Source: Macrostomum lignano (Eukaryota). From it: a stretch of 53,548 nt of DNA. Location of the stretch: assembly GCA_002269645.1 (NCBI GenBank), contig NIVC01004241.1, forward strand, positions 1-53,548. Reading direction: 5' to 3'. Below, in pieces: positions 12,901-24,519 of this stretch; within the stretch, counting starts at the first letter, position 1; the number at the start of each line of letters is the position of its first letter. Under the pieces are notes generated by a model. That model did not search any database, had not been told where the DNA came from, and worked only from the letters and a program-made list of their open reading frames with translations. The position numbers and the translations under genes are program-made.

Positions 12901-14055
12901 CAATTCTTCAATCTCTAATCTTAATTGTACTATAATTAGGGCGAACTACCAAATCAAACCAGATGTCCACTAAGAGCAGAGAAATTGATCAAATAATAAA
13001 CGGTAGCTTAGATCTCACGAGTCGAAAATGGTTACAGTAAGAGAAGCGGAGAGGACTGTAACATGAGAAAGGTAACATGATAAGGTTACATGAGAAAAGG
13101 GTAAGCCTAAATAGAGAATTAGAAAGAGGAGAAAAAGGGCAGAAAGAAGAGAGGTAAAGGGTAATTGGGTCCTTACAGATCCTAAAAAACACTGTTTTTT
13201 TAAAGCAACGCAACATGTTTTGTAAGTTATATCAAAAGAAGAGCTTTGTATCTGCTTCCAATAAAAAGCTATCACCATTTTAAAGTGAAAAGTTTCTATC
13301 TCGCTAGTGCATTTTTCCGTGAAAATCAGCCTTTAATAAATTTTCCAAGAAACAAAGTGTCCCGTCTTTCTTCTTCTAGTGGTCCTTGTTCTTGGCTCGC
13401 TTCCACACATACGAGTAGAATGTCGGTTAGAGTCGGATGATGAAAGTTTTGTCTATATCTCAAATCGATGCAGAATATGGGCCTGTTAGAAATGCCTTGG
13501 CAACTGCAACAGAATTTCACTTTCAATAAAAAAATACTTTTATCAGTATCCATGGAGAAGAATGAAAGAAACAAGAAACAGAAGTGAGAGGGGTAGATAG
13601 AAGGGTAAGTAAAACCTGATTGCAGTCCCAGACTCCAAGCAGATCTCTAATCGCTAATTAATTCTCACCTCATCAACGGCGTACTTTCGCCGAAAATCTT
13701 CAGTCGTCTGCAGCCTGCCCATCCAGATAGCATATTCATCAGGCAGCCGGGGCATGAATATGTAGCTACGACCAGTGGCCACATCAATGGCGCCATAACA
13801 GTCTGGTTCCAGCACTCCGAATGCCCAATGAAAAAACGAATCCTGATGGAAATTATAAGTAACATCGGTGCCATTTCTAGGCAGTTCAGTTTCGCCTTGA
13901 AGCAGCACAATGCCTGGGGCGGCGGCGGCAGCTGCGTCGGTACGAAGCCGCTCGCACAGTCTACGTCGATTTTGGGCATGCAGAGTCATAGGCACGGAGA
14001 GGGTTCCGGCACCCATGCTAAACACTGGTTCAGTTCTATCACAAGCTCCAGCCAT
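6921..14055 (-). CDS. PEPD: Xaa-Pro dipeptidase (prolidase), 4 exons, 500 aa
   Basis: Exons 14055-13669, 12482-11925, 8806-8474 and 7145-6921; all introns GT-AG, phase 0, total 1503 nt. Motifs [59 protein letters not shown] and [12 protein letters not shown] keep all five M24B metal ligands (D, D, H, E, E). Confidence 0.97.
7381..8245. repeat. Polypyrimidine/polypurine low-complexity tract (about 27-bp CT-rich units), PEPD intron 3
   Basis: About 860 bp almost only C/T on the plus strand, with degenerate CTCCCTCCTTTCCCTCTCTTCT units. Confidence 0.95.
8927..9210 (+). mobile_element. tRNA-derived CORE-SINE, copy with head
   Basis: A-box-like TAGTTAGATTAG, B box GGTTCGATTCC (8976-8986), CORE 3' half CAGTTCACCCAGCTGTAAAATGGG, and an (ATT)n tail. 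The body matches 11683-11903 in reverse. Confidence 0.8.
9429..10223 (-). CDS. Secreted PAN/apple-like + C-type lectin domain protein, single exon, nested in PEPD intron 2
   Basis: 264-aa ATG ORF with hydrophobic signal peptide. [16 protein letters not shown]...CKLF is PAN-like. CTLD hallmarks include [25 protein letters not shown] and [14 protein letters not shown]. Confidence 0.85.
   Translation of the reverse strand: MLFFRLVTSLICVSVLTPVLIVVASACDSVLKVKFHETIGVDCVHSNFTRIVWGSCDPAACSFHCAKLHNCQAFTLYRDSSTCLCKLFLFDRCSHRVQSETNCSRQVAVYVRSLPNMPLGRLCPPGYKFTRFGTAYKVLPIEANSWTEAKLNCEQDGELAKFADIFYVDEAEYLRSILNLANHSSDRYYVGDYQLSTYTSVTDGWIWSACNVSFQSEVWKSDRPEEGLTEDKGCVQMSSSSDIGVDDTACNRRKRFICECQSVF
11683..11903 (-). 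mobile_element. 5'-truncated CORE-SINE, inverted relative to the 8927 copy
   Basis: Minus strand reads AGCAAGACACTTCACTCTGCATTGCTTCAGTTCACCCAGCTGTAAAATGGGTGCCAGC (full CORE) through to a TAATCAATTATTATT tail. About 150 bp is near-identical to 9030-9170. Confidence 0.8.
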
Positions 14056-15559
14056 ATTGTTAGTCTAGTATTACTTGTTTTTTGTTAGAAAATTAATCTG
14101 CAATTTACCAAAAGAATACTATTTGTGTCTTGAAAAGTTAAATTTAAATACTTATTATTATAGTTTTATTACAATATCCAACATTTTACAGCCTAATTTG
14201 CATAGATAAGCTAAAATGAGTAGCAATATTTATTGTGGCTAAAGGTCAATTTGTGGTAGACAGTCCTTTGTGTGCCAAACAAAGCTATCCTCTTTTCTGC
14301 TATAAACACTTGAGCCATACACCATGGGATGCTAATATTAATAATAGGATTGAAAAGTCTATCTAACAGGCAACCATTATATCATACTTCGTTGCAAGCT
14401 TTAATAAAGTACTTTGCCAATCTGAAAGTTTCCTAATATGCGGCTAAAAAGTTTCATAAAAAAGGGAACATGATACAAATATCATTTCCTCTTTATTCAA
14501 GTGCTAGCTGGCTAAGAGTGAAACAAAACAAAATAGATAATAGTTGTTTACAAAATTATTACATGCCAACAATAAAGCAACAATATTTTAAATACAATAA
14601 TTGCTTTAGTGCCATAATTTGCAAACAATAGTAGTAAGCAACAATAATAATAATACCAATGATAACATTTTCAAAATACTTGTCAATTTAAAAATCATAG
14701 AAAACATGATTGAAACATAAGAAAGCATTATTTGCATTGCACTTTTCTAGTACAACATTATTTTTACACAACAAAAATTCGACTTATTTATATATCATAG
14801 GGCTCTTTGTCCTATCCTATGAAATTCCACTTCTAATACCACAAATATTGTCATCAAGTTGTAACTCTTAGAATAGATCTAAGTAATAAGTCTTTATATT
14901 GATCTCAGAATCAATCTAAGTAAAAGTCTGAATAAATATCTGGATATTGTCACAATATTTCTTACTTCTTACTTGCTGGTGGCATACTTATTTTATATTT
15001 ATATTGTTAGTATTCTTTTTCTGTATTGGTAGCATTCTTAGTAGGCCTAAGCAATAATGTATGTAACTGTTACTAGTATTATATATATTGCATGTAAATC
15101 TCTTCTAGTCTTGTTGTTTTTAAGATTAGAGGATCATGGCAGTATACATGGAGGTATATTCTCTAAGATCTATTTCATTTTCTTCTGACTTTGGTATTCT
15201 ACTTATTAGTAATAAATATAGTATATGTTTCTCCTACTTCACTTTACTGAAAATCAGCTAAGTCAAATTATAAGCCCTGCAATTGGCTAGCGGTCTAATG
15301 TGTACTCTTTTTCTTCCAATTGCAACCCCGGCATGCTTTTTAACAGTTAAGACTCTTAACTTTGGCTTGCTGGGCCTGGGATAGTGATACCCCAGGGCTT
15401 AACCAGCTAGCATAAATATAAATATATGCAGGTGGTAGAGGAGGCTATTCTTTTTGTATCAATCTATATGCAGCTACAAGCTCTGTTATAACCAAAATCG
15501 AACTTATCAGAAGCCAGCCTTTGCCTAGAATTATTGCCAGAAGTTGAGAGAAGCCACCC

Positions 15560-15876
15560 CTTTGCTACTGCCATCACTGTTGCAAGAAGATAAGAGAGTG
15601 AGTTGCATGTCTTTATCATTTGAGGGACTGGCTGGGTTTAATTTGTGCTGTCGAGATGGGCTGATCAAGTCTCCTGATGCAATCCTTCACTTAGAGTCTG
15701 CAGTCAGTCTGGCCAATTGACTGACACCATCTTCAGCTTATCTACTGAGATAACTAGAGTTGCAATCTGGCCATTAGCATGACACTGGTGCTGTGACCAG
15801 GATTTGAACCTTGGTTACTATACACATTAGTTAGTGACAAAGTTACTCTAGAGTTCCTATACCAAATTGGCTGGCC
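15560..15876 (-). mobile_element. Degraded tRNA-derived SINE
   Basis: Minus strand has a GGCCAGCC start and a B box GGTTCAAATCC (15800-15810) at tRNA-like spacing. The 3' boundary is uncertain. Confidence 0.4.
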
Positions 15877-16386
15877 ATTGCAGTGTCAGATCTTTATAAC
15901 CTACTAGACATGGAACAGACTGTATCCCAAAAGCAAATAAAGTCAGCATTTTAGAAGCGCTCCTTGGTGATGTGCCCCAACAAAGTCAGCATTGGAAATA
16001 TAGAGGGATTCCAAAGAATAGTATTTGTGCACTTGTCCTAAATGACCCATTTCATAGGGCACTATATAACAAGTTTGGAGAGGTGGCAATGTCAAACACC
16101 TTGGCTTATGCTCAGCTCTTCAGCACTTGCCAGGGGTCAGTTTTCCTAGTGAAGTGAAAGAAGGGTTGGAATGGATAGGGTTTGGCCACGGCAGGACACA
16201 TTGACTCACTAGAACCTAATGCGCAAGCCAGCCAAGTAGTTGATGCTCACGCTTACTTGTTGCATTTTTGGCTTGGACTAGCAAGTTTTTTCTAGAAGGC
16301 ATAGATGCTTATGTTATGTCACTGTAGTGAATTTACTGTACTACCTGTGCCCATCAAATTCTGCAATCACCTAACTTACTAGAGAC

Positions 16387-18297
16387 CAGTGTTTGGCACT
16401 TCTATTATCAAGTAACTTGCAAATGGTAATGCAAGTTACTTTTTTGTAAAGTGTTCTTTACACAAGTTATTTTCCTATTTTGGTGACGGAGTAATGGAGT
16501 TACTCAAATTTTGGAAGTCTGGTTAAGTCCAATATAGTTACCTTGTAACAATTGCAATGTTTAAATTCAAAACTGATATAGCTATTATGCCAATTGTCAT
16601 ATTTTTAGCCTTGTCATTCCTAAATTCAAAATTAAGTGAATAGTATTGTATGGTATTCTGCTCTAATTAATAAAGAAATACTTGAAACTTGTTTTAAAAT
16701 TGTTAATTTCAGTAAAATATTTTTGCTTTTTGTTTTCAAGTTAATAAAAAATATACTTTATATATATTTTGTACAAACAAACAACCAAAGAAAGAAATTC
16801 TCTGTAGCCTCCACAAGTCTACTGGCACTGCATTGCACTGCACTATACCATTTTATACAGTTCTATTTATTTTACTTTATATTGAATTATTGTTTTTTGT
16901 TCATTTTATTATTTTTAATTTTTAATTATTGATTGCCATTGCCTATTGCTATACATGCACAATAGTTGGCCAAGTCAGCCAATCCGGCAAACTGATTTGG
17001 TGGCCAACCAAGGTAAGTCACAAAAATGCCCACCCAAATAAATACCTACGTGGTACTAAGTAGATAATGAGGCATTTGCCTTAATAAGACAGTCATAGTT
17101 ACTCCTGCCATTTACCCAAGGTTGCATTAATTTTTGTCTTATGGTTTCTTTTACATGTAAGTTGCATTTTTGACCAAAAACTATGTCGCATTTTTTGTTA
17201 AAACTAAGTTGCATGGCTGACCAAATTTTGGAGGTTGTGCATTGCCCATTGGTCTGTCTACTTGCCACACGTCGTGTTGCCATTTCCTAACTCTGTCCAG
17301 TAATTGGTTAATCCTAAATTCTAATGGCAAACTTTGGTAACAACAATGTCAATGATAAGTTAAGAGTCTGCATCTGCCACTGGTTGTGGTAGATGTGGTA
17401 ATAGTGAATCAATTGTTATTGTTATTAATTTCGAGGACAGTGGCAATGAAAATTTTGTTAATAATATAGGTAATTAAAGTGAGTCATGGACAATAACTTA
17501 AGTTACTGGGTTTTTGTATAAAGTTACTAGGCTAATGTAAATGGCTCATTCTAGATAAGATAGACATATTTGGAAAATAGAAAAAAGTCAATATTTTTGC
17601 TTGCCATTGACTTATAAGCCAATTTTTTTGCCAAATGTTCTTTTATGTATAATATATACAATCTAAGAATAAATGAATGGTAAAATGTTGGATTAGTGTG
17701 TTATCAATTGGCAAAAAGTCATTTTTGTGAAAATTTGGACATTTTTCTAAGCAAATATATATTTTTTCTAAGCAATTAAAAATTATATTTTTTGTATATT
17801 GGTACCTCAAAGTTACTGAATTGACAGAAAAAAATATGTTATGATCATAATGTTACGACCATAAGGCTGCCTTTCTTTTGTATCTTTGTTGCCTTTTGAG
17901 TTTATATATTCTAATAATAGAGTATGATTTCTGAAGATGTTCTTAGTCAAATTTTAAAAATGTATTGCAAAATATCAAAAATAAAAGTGTTACAATAATT
18001 TTACCTTTTAGTGTCTATATGTCAAAAATCCTGTTGTTACAACCATAAGTGCCATTCAAGGTTTAATAGCATCTATACCAATGATGATATCTATATAAAC
18101 TATATAAACATTTTCTTGACAAAATAATCTTGTATTCAAAATATTGGTTTAGTATATTCTATTATTAGATTTCATTTTATAAGTAAAAAAAGTCTGTCAT
18201 GTTATGACCATAATTATATGGAATTTCCCAAACTCACTTTTTAAAGTAGTAACTTAATTTACAGTATTTACTTAAAAAAGTAACTTGCCTAATACTG
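16387..18297. mobile_element. Non-autonomous hAT-like DNA element
   Basis: Termini CAGTGTTTGGCA and TGCCTAATACTG, with subterminal AGTAACTT/AAGTTACT repeats. Flanks CTAGAGAC (16379-16386) and TCAGAGAC (18298-18305) match at 6/8 as a TSD. No transposase ORF. Confidence 0.55.
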
Positions 18298-19929
18298 TCA
18301 GAGACACCCGTATCTTTTTTGCACTTGGCCTAAGAGCAGTGGCCACATCACTTCTACCTGCAATAGAAGCCTATCTCTAATGGCTGACTTCTTGTATTCA
18401 TTCTAAAGTTTTTGGCCAAAACAATAAAATCACAAAATAAAAATGTATGCTATAATGGGATATCATCTATATATAAGCATACATATGACTATATATGATT
18501 TGTGCTGCTTTTTTGTCATATTTTAATGTTGCTAGGCATTGTTTGTTCTTTTATATTTGTTCTCAAATAGTAATAATATTAATAATAATAATACTTGGTT
18601 TGGTTAGAAATATCTTAACAACCATTGCTAAGGAGTATCTTAGCTTATAAAACATCCTTTTTATTCTTTTTATATCATTATCTTTGTTGGTATTAAGATG
18701 TCTATTATAGTAGAGACATGCAAAAAAGTATACAAATTTATATTTTTTTCATACTTAATAAATAGTTTTGTTAAGCATTGACTAAATGGTTTTTAAATTT
18801 CTATCTAAATGTCTATCAGAAAACTATACCAAAACACAAAAAATGTACTATAATGATTTTATGCAACTAATATTTATTATTGATTCAATCAAATTTACTT
18901 TTCTTATAGTGGCTTAGTTGTATAACTTGAAGGTTAATTTTAAGTGAAAAGTTGTCACAAAAAATGATAAAATTTTATTTTGCTTAAAGGGTAAAACCTT
19001 TGTCTTTGACTATTATTGACAATACTAAATATAAATCCATAACACTATCTTTTCTCAAGACATATCATTTGGAACATTAATTGCTGGTATATGAAAACAA
19101 TTAGTAATTGTTGTTTAGGCTAACTATTTTAATTACTATTAATATAAGTCTAAGCAATAAGTTATGAAGTAGATAAAATACCTAATTATCTATTAATTTT
19201 GCAAATAAAGTTAACCACAAACTACTTGAAGGCCAAATTTTGAAGCAATTGATAATAATATAATAGGCCTTAGCTTAGTACAAAGCCAAAAGAACTAGGC
19301 ATCTATTTAACTAGATAAAATAAATCTACTAGTCTTTGACTTTTTAACAATAGTCTAGGCCTAGTCTATTAAAGTCATTTGACCTAGGTCTATACTAGAT
19401 CTATTTTTACTTTTAAGCAATACATAGAATATGGGCCTAAAGTTAGTGTCCTAAGCAGACAGTGCCTAAGTAGTAAGATATTGAATTACTTTTATTATAT
19501 ACAAATACCAATACTAATACCAATACCAATACCAATATCAAGGTTTTCTAGGCCTAGTCCTTTAAGGGCCTAGGCCCTAATAGGCTACACTAAATTTATC
19601 AATATCTAATTCATTAGCAGACCTAAAATTTAAGAAATTGAAAGAATTCATCAACAGTTATAAAACAAGATAAGCGAATTTGTCAACAACAAGATAGATT
19701 TACTATAAAGTAAGTTTATTCCTTAATGCAAGAATTGTAAATTTTGTTACAAAGATCCAAGTTTGTTTATCTCCTTAACCAGTAACAAACGTTTTATTTG
19801 AGTATGAGTTCAGATTTTAAAATCTGTGCAAAAATGGTTTGGCAATCCTTTAGTTTAGAATCACTATCTATTTTGCCAGTTTCAGTTTACGATCACCTTA
19901 TATTTTGCTTACTGAATGCAAAAATGGTG

Positions 19930-20525
19930 TGTTCAAAATTAAGACATAAAAACCAACAGTAGTTTCAAATGAAAAAAAGCAAAAGTTGGCTGATCAACTA
20001 ACTTTGTTTATTTGAAATTGAAAAGATTGTACATTTGTTCACTAATCACTAGTAGCTTATATATAGGCCTATCACCTTTGGTTTACAATCATCCAAAGCT
20101 AGCTATAGGAAAGCATGTCAACCCTAGCTTAGTATAATTAATCTTTAGTGCCATACCCCCCTCTCATTTTTGGTTTACAATCACTTGCACACATGCACTT
20201 TATTGAAATGATTGTGAACCAAAGCTAGCTATAAGAAAGCATGTCAACCCTTGGCTTTAGTATACTTTTTTATAGCTAGCTTTGGTTCACGATCATTTCA
20301 ATGGGCAATATACATTTGGGTGATTGTAAACCAAAGGTGAAATATAAGGTGCTACAACAATCTTACCATCTTTTGAAATAAACAAAGTCAGTTTGCCAAC
20401 ATTTGATTTTGTTTCATTAGAAACTATGGACTTTATCATTTTATGTCTTACAACTGTTTTTTATGGTGATTGTCACTGTTTAAGATGATCGTCACTGTTT
20501 GAGGTGATTGTAAACCAAAGGAATG
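19930..20525. repeat. Degenerate foldback / MITE-like inverted repeat
   Basis: 19935-20030 is the reverse complement of about 20365-20450. TTTGGTTTACAATCA motifs face each other around a hairpin centred near 20255. Confidence 0.6.
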
Positions 20526-21644
20526 CCAATAGTTCCAGGATTTATTGCAATTAAATGGGTTTAAAATACATAGCTTTTAATAGGTTGTAAAAATCATATA
20601 TCAAATAAAAACCATTTGTCTTTGTTATCTTATATAATATATATCTTTTCAGTAGGCTTTTGTCTTTCAATTTTTAGCAAATAGTAAAAATATACTATCT
20701 AGTCAATAGTGTGTTGTTAGGCCTAAGTAACTGAATTTGTCAACAGAGTTGACGAATTAGGCCTAGCTGTTAAAGAATTCAGTGGCACCCAGCCCTAACA
20801 ATTAATATGGCTAATAGGCGATGGCTTGACAATTGCTTTTTATTTCTTTTTGGACAATTTGCTTCTTCTCCCTATCCTATAAATAGTTAATAAATAAATG
20901 ACTAAATTAGGCCTACAGTTAGTTATATAGTATAGGCCTAGGCCTATAAACAGATGTTACCAATGTGACTGTCATTAAACATTGTTATCTAATTGTTATC
21001 TAATGATATAGTAGGAATATTATTCATTTGTTGGGATTGCATTTTTAACAGTAAACCCTTTTATCAACTAGGCCTATTATAACCACAGACAGTAGACAGT
21101 TTTTCCTGATCTGACTCTGCTGAACGATGTTGAATTTGCCGCTGAATTTGGACGCGAGCGTACGCGACTTAAACAAATTCGTTTTGTTTTGCCTTAGGTG
21201 TAAGGTGTTGTGGTAACTGAGCAGTCTGGCAGGGCGGTTGACGCTTACAGTTGTTTGGTTGCTAAACTGACTTCTGGCTGATTATTGTATACAGCTGTAT
21301 ACAGTGTATCTTCATACATATACATGTATAATTTTAAAGAGGTATTCGATCGACTCGGTCCTCTCTGCATGCAATGTTCCGACGTTCTCCAATGTGCAGC
21401 TCCGCGGTGCTTATAACAAACAATGGCTTTTTATGCATGCTGAGATAGAGATAACACCAGAAACCAATGCGAAAATTAATTTACATCAGGCCAGATCGAG
21501 CTTAAGTTTATTGCATAAATTTGATAAGCTGCTGCATCGCAAAATCTTGATATACACAAACCTAGGATACTATATCATGTGTGATTTCTCCTTAAATGCT
21601 AACAGTACAGTGTATAGAAACATTATACCTTGGCGCGGTCATCT

Positions 21645-21965
21645 GTTATGTACATGTCATTGTCATCTTCATTCATTCGGCCTCTTCAATCCCTGACTGC
21701 CATGCATCTTCATTCATTCCCTGGCTGTCATCTTCACTCCCTGACTGCAGGTTATCTCTTCATTCCCTGACTGTCATCTTCATTCCCTGACTGTCATCTT
21801 CATTCCTTGACTGTCATCTTCATTCATTCCCTGGCTGTCATCTTCATTCATTCGGCCTCTTCAGTCCCTGACTGTCATCTTCATTCCCTGACTGTTCATC
21901 TTCATCCTTGACTGTCATCTTCATTCCTTGACTGTCATCTTCATTCATTTCCTGACTGTCATCTA
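21645..21965. repeat. Minisatellite, about 20-24 bp (CTGTCATCTTCATTCCCTGA)
   Basis: About 14 degenerate tandem units. Confidence 0.9.
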
Positions 21966-22934
21966 CTGTTCAGCAGATGCATTTTAAATGGCTTTATCTA
22001 CTTTAATTTATAAACTGTTTGTATATAACGTTTTATTATCACATCACCACATCATCTCATCATCATGCACTGCGATCCTATTAGCGTTGAATTAGGACAG
22101 GGTATAGGGATACATGTAGACAGGTATGAAGTGGTGATGCGTGTGTAACAGTTTAGTGTTGTTCCCAGCAGCGGGGTCTTTGCGTACACCCTTCAACAGT
22201 ACAGTAGCGCTATTTTTAATCACCAACTAAGTGAGATGTGATGGAAGGATGGTATGGTATAGAGTAAAGTTAAAACTATCTTATCGACCAATAAGAGGAG
22301 CCGCGGGGTACGGTTGAGGGTCTGTTCCACAGCTGGTCCTGGCATTGACCAATAATGACTGTACGCTTGGGTTACACATCGCAATATAATACATATGGTA
22401 AATGGCCTACACTCTGCACAAGCACATATGCTAGCTTTATAAGCTGCTCACTGGTTCTCTCTCTCTCCTTCTCTCCCCGTGTCCAGCAGTGCTCACGAAC
22501 ACCATGCACAGACGGTTGTAAACAGAAGTTCAAAGCTCCGCTGTCCACCCGGCTACAAATATAGCTGCTCCTGACTGTACTGTTATAGCTACAGGTTAAT
22601 TCTTGGATTAAAAACTGTGCTGTCAACCCTGGAACAAACAAACTAGATTTTAAAAGAAGCTGGAAGCTGACGGAAAACGAATACTGTCAATAACTATGGA
22701 TAAATTGTTTTGCTGCACAACAAATCGTTGGAGGTAATTGATCCTTTTTTCTGTATATGCGCTCATTCAGGGTCACTTAAATTTTGGAACACGTAGCTAT
22801 ATACGAGCCAGTTTGTTTTAAGCTTTGTTTTACGCTAAAGTACATGTAGAACGACGCTACCAACAAATCTGGAGTATTTTATAGCACGATTTTTTATTGA
22901 CCGAATTTGTCTGTGGCAATACTCGATTCCGCGT

Positions 22935-24250
22935 TTGGCGCCTCAGGTTTTCATTTTGGCGCCGCAGACACTCATCTTGGCACCGCAGACACTCATTTTG
23001 GCGCCGCAGACACTCATTTTGGCGCCGCAGACACTCATCTTGGCACCGCAGACACTCATTTTGGCGCCGCAGACACTCATTTTGGCGCCGCAGACACTCA
23101 TTTTGGCGCCGTAGAAACTCATTTTGGCACCGCAGACACTCATTTTGGCGCCTCAGGTTTTCATTTTGGCGCCGCAGACACTCATTTTGGCGCCGCAGAC
23201 ACTCATTTTGGCGCCGCAGACACTCATTTTAGCGCCGCAGGCACCACTCATTTTGGCGCCTTCACTTTGGCACCGCAGACACTCATTTTGGCGCCTTCAC
23301 TTTGGCACCGCAGACACTCATTTTGGCGCCTTCACTTTGGCACCGCAGACACTCATCTTGGCGCCTTCATTTTGGCACCGCAGACACTCATTTTGGCGCC
23401 TTCATTTTGGCACCGCAGACACTCATTTTGGCGCCTTCACTTTGGCACCGCAGACACTCATTTTGGCGCCTTCACTTTATCACCGCAGACACTCATTTTG
23501 GCGCCTTCATTTTGGCACCGCAGACACTCATTTTAGCGCCTTCATTTTGGCGCCGCAGACACTCATTTTAGCGCCGCAGGCACCACTCATTTTGGCGCCT
23601 TCATTTTGGCACCGCAGACACTCATTTTGGCGCCTTCACTTTGGCACCGCAGACACTCATTTTGGCGCCTTCACTTTGGCACCGCAGACACTCATTTTGG
23701 CGCCTTCACTTTGGCACCGCAGACACTCATCTTGGCACCTTCGTTTTGGCACCGCAGACACTCATTTTGGCGCCTTCATTTTGGCACCGCAGACACTCAT
23801 TTTGGCGCCTTCATTTTGGCGCCGCAGACACTCATTTTAGCGCCGCAGGCACCACTCATTTTGGCGCCTTCATTTTGGCGCCTTCACTTTGGCACCGCAG
23901 ACACTCATTTTGGCGCCTTCACTTTGGCACCGCAGACACTCATCTTGGCACCGCAGACACTCATTTTGGCACCGCGGACACTCATTTTGGCACCGCAGGC
24001 ACCACTCATTTTGGCGCCTTCACTTTGGCACCGCAGACACTCATTTTGGCGCCTACATTTTGGCACCGCAGACACTCATTTTGGCACCGCAGGCACCACT
24101 CATTTTGGCGCCTTTACTTTGGCACCGCAGACACTCATTTTAGCGCCGCAGGCACCACTCATTTTGGCGCCTTCATTTTGACACCGCAGACACTCATTTT
24201 GGCACCGCAAACAATCATTTTGGCGCCGAAGGCGCTATATTTTGGCGCCT
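22935..24250. repeat. Compound minisatellite, 21/14-bp modules (TTTTGGCRCCGCAGACACTCA + TTTGGCGCCTTCA)
   Basis: 1.3-kb tandem array rich in GGCGCC. It accounts for the repetitive ORFs at 22897-24252. Confidence 0.95.
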
Positions 24251-24519
24251 AAAACAAACTGATTGATTTCCACAACGGGTCACAAGGTGAGGTGGGGGAC
24301 AACGCATTGGCATGTCCCCTCCCCATAACTTTCCATAGCGGCGCCCCTGACCTCCTGGCTTTTATAACTTACAACCGAACTGCAACTTCATTGCAACTTG
24401 ACAGCGTCAGCGACAGAACTTCAGAAAGTCAGCACTTGAGATCAGCAGATGGCGGCAGTCAGCTCGCTCAACTACAACTGCTGGCCAATTTGCAAAAATC
24501 CGCTAACCAAAGAATCTGC

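Noticed and set aside
6861-13979. ORFs overlapping PEPD exons in other frames or strands (6861-7157, 11895-12278, 13665-14088)
   Set aside because: Shadow ORFs; the spliced PEPD frame explains the sequence.
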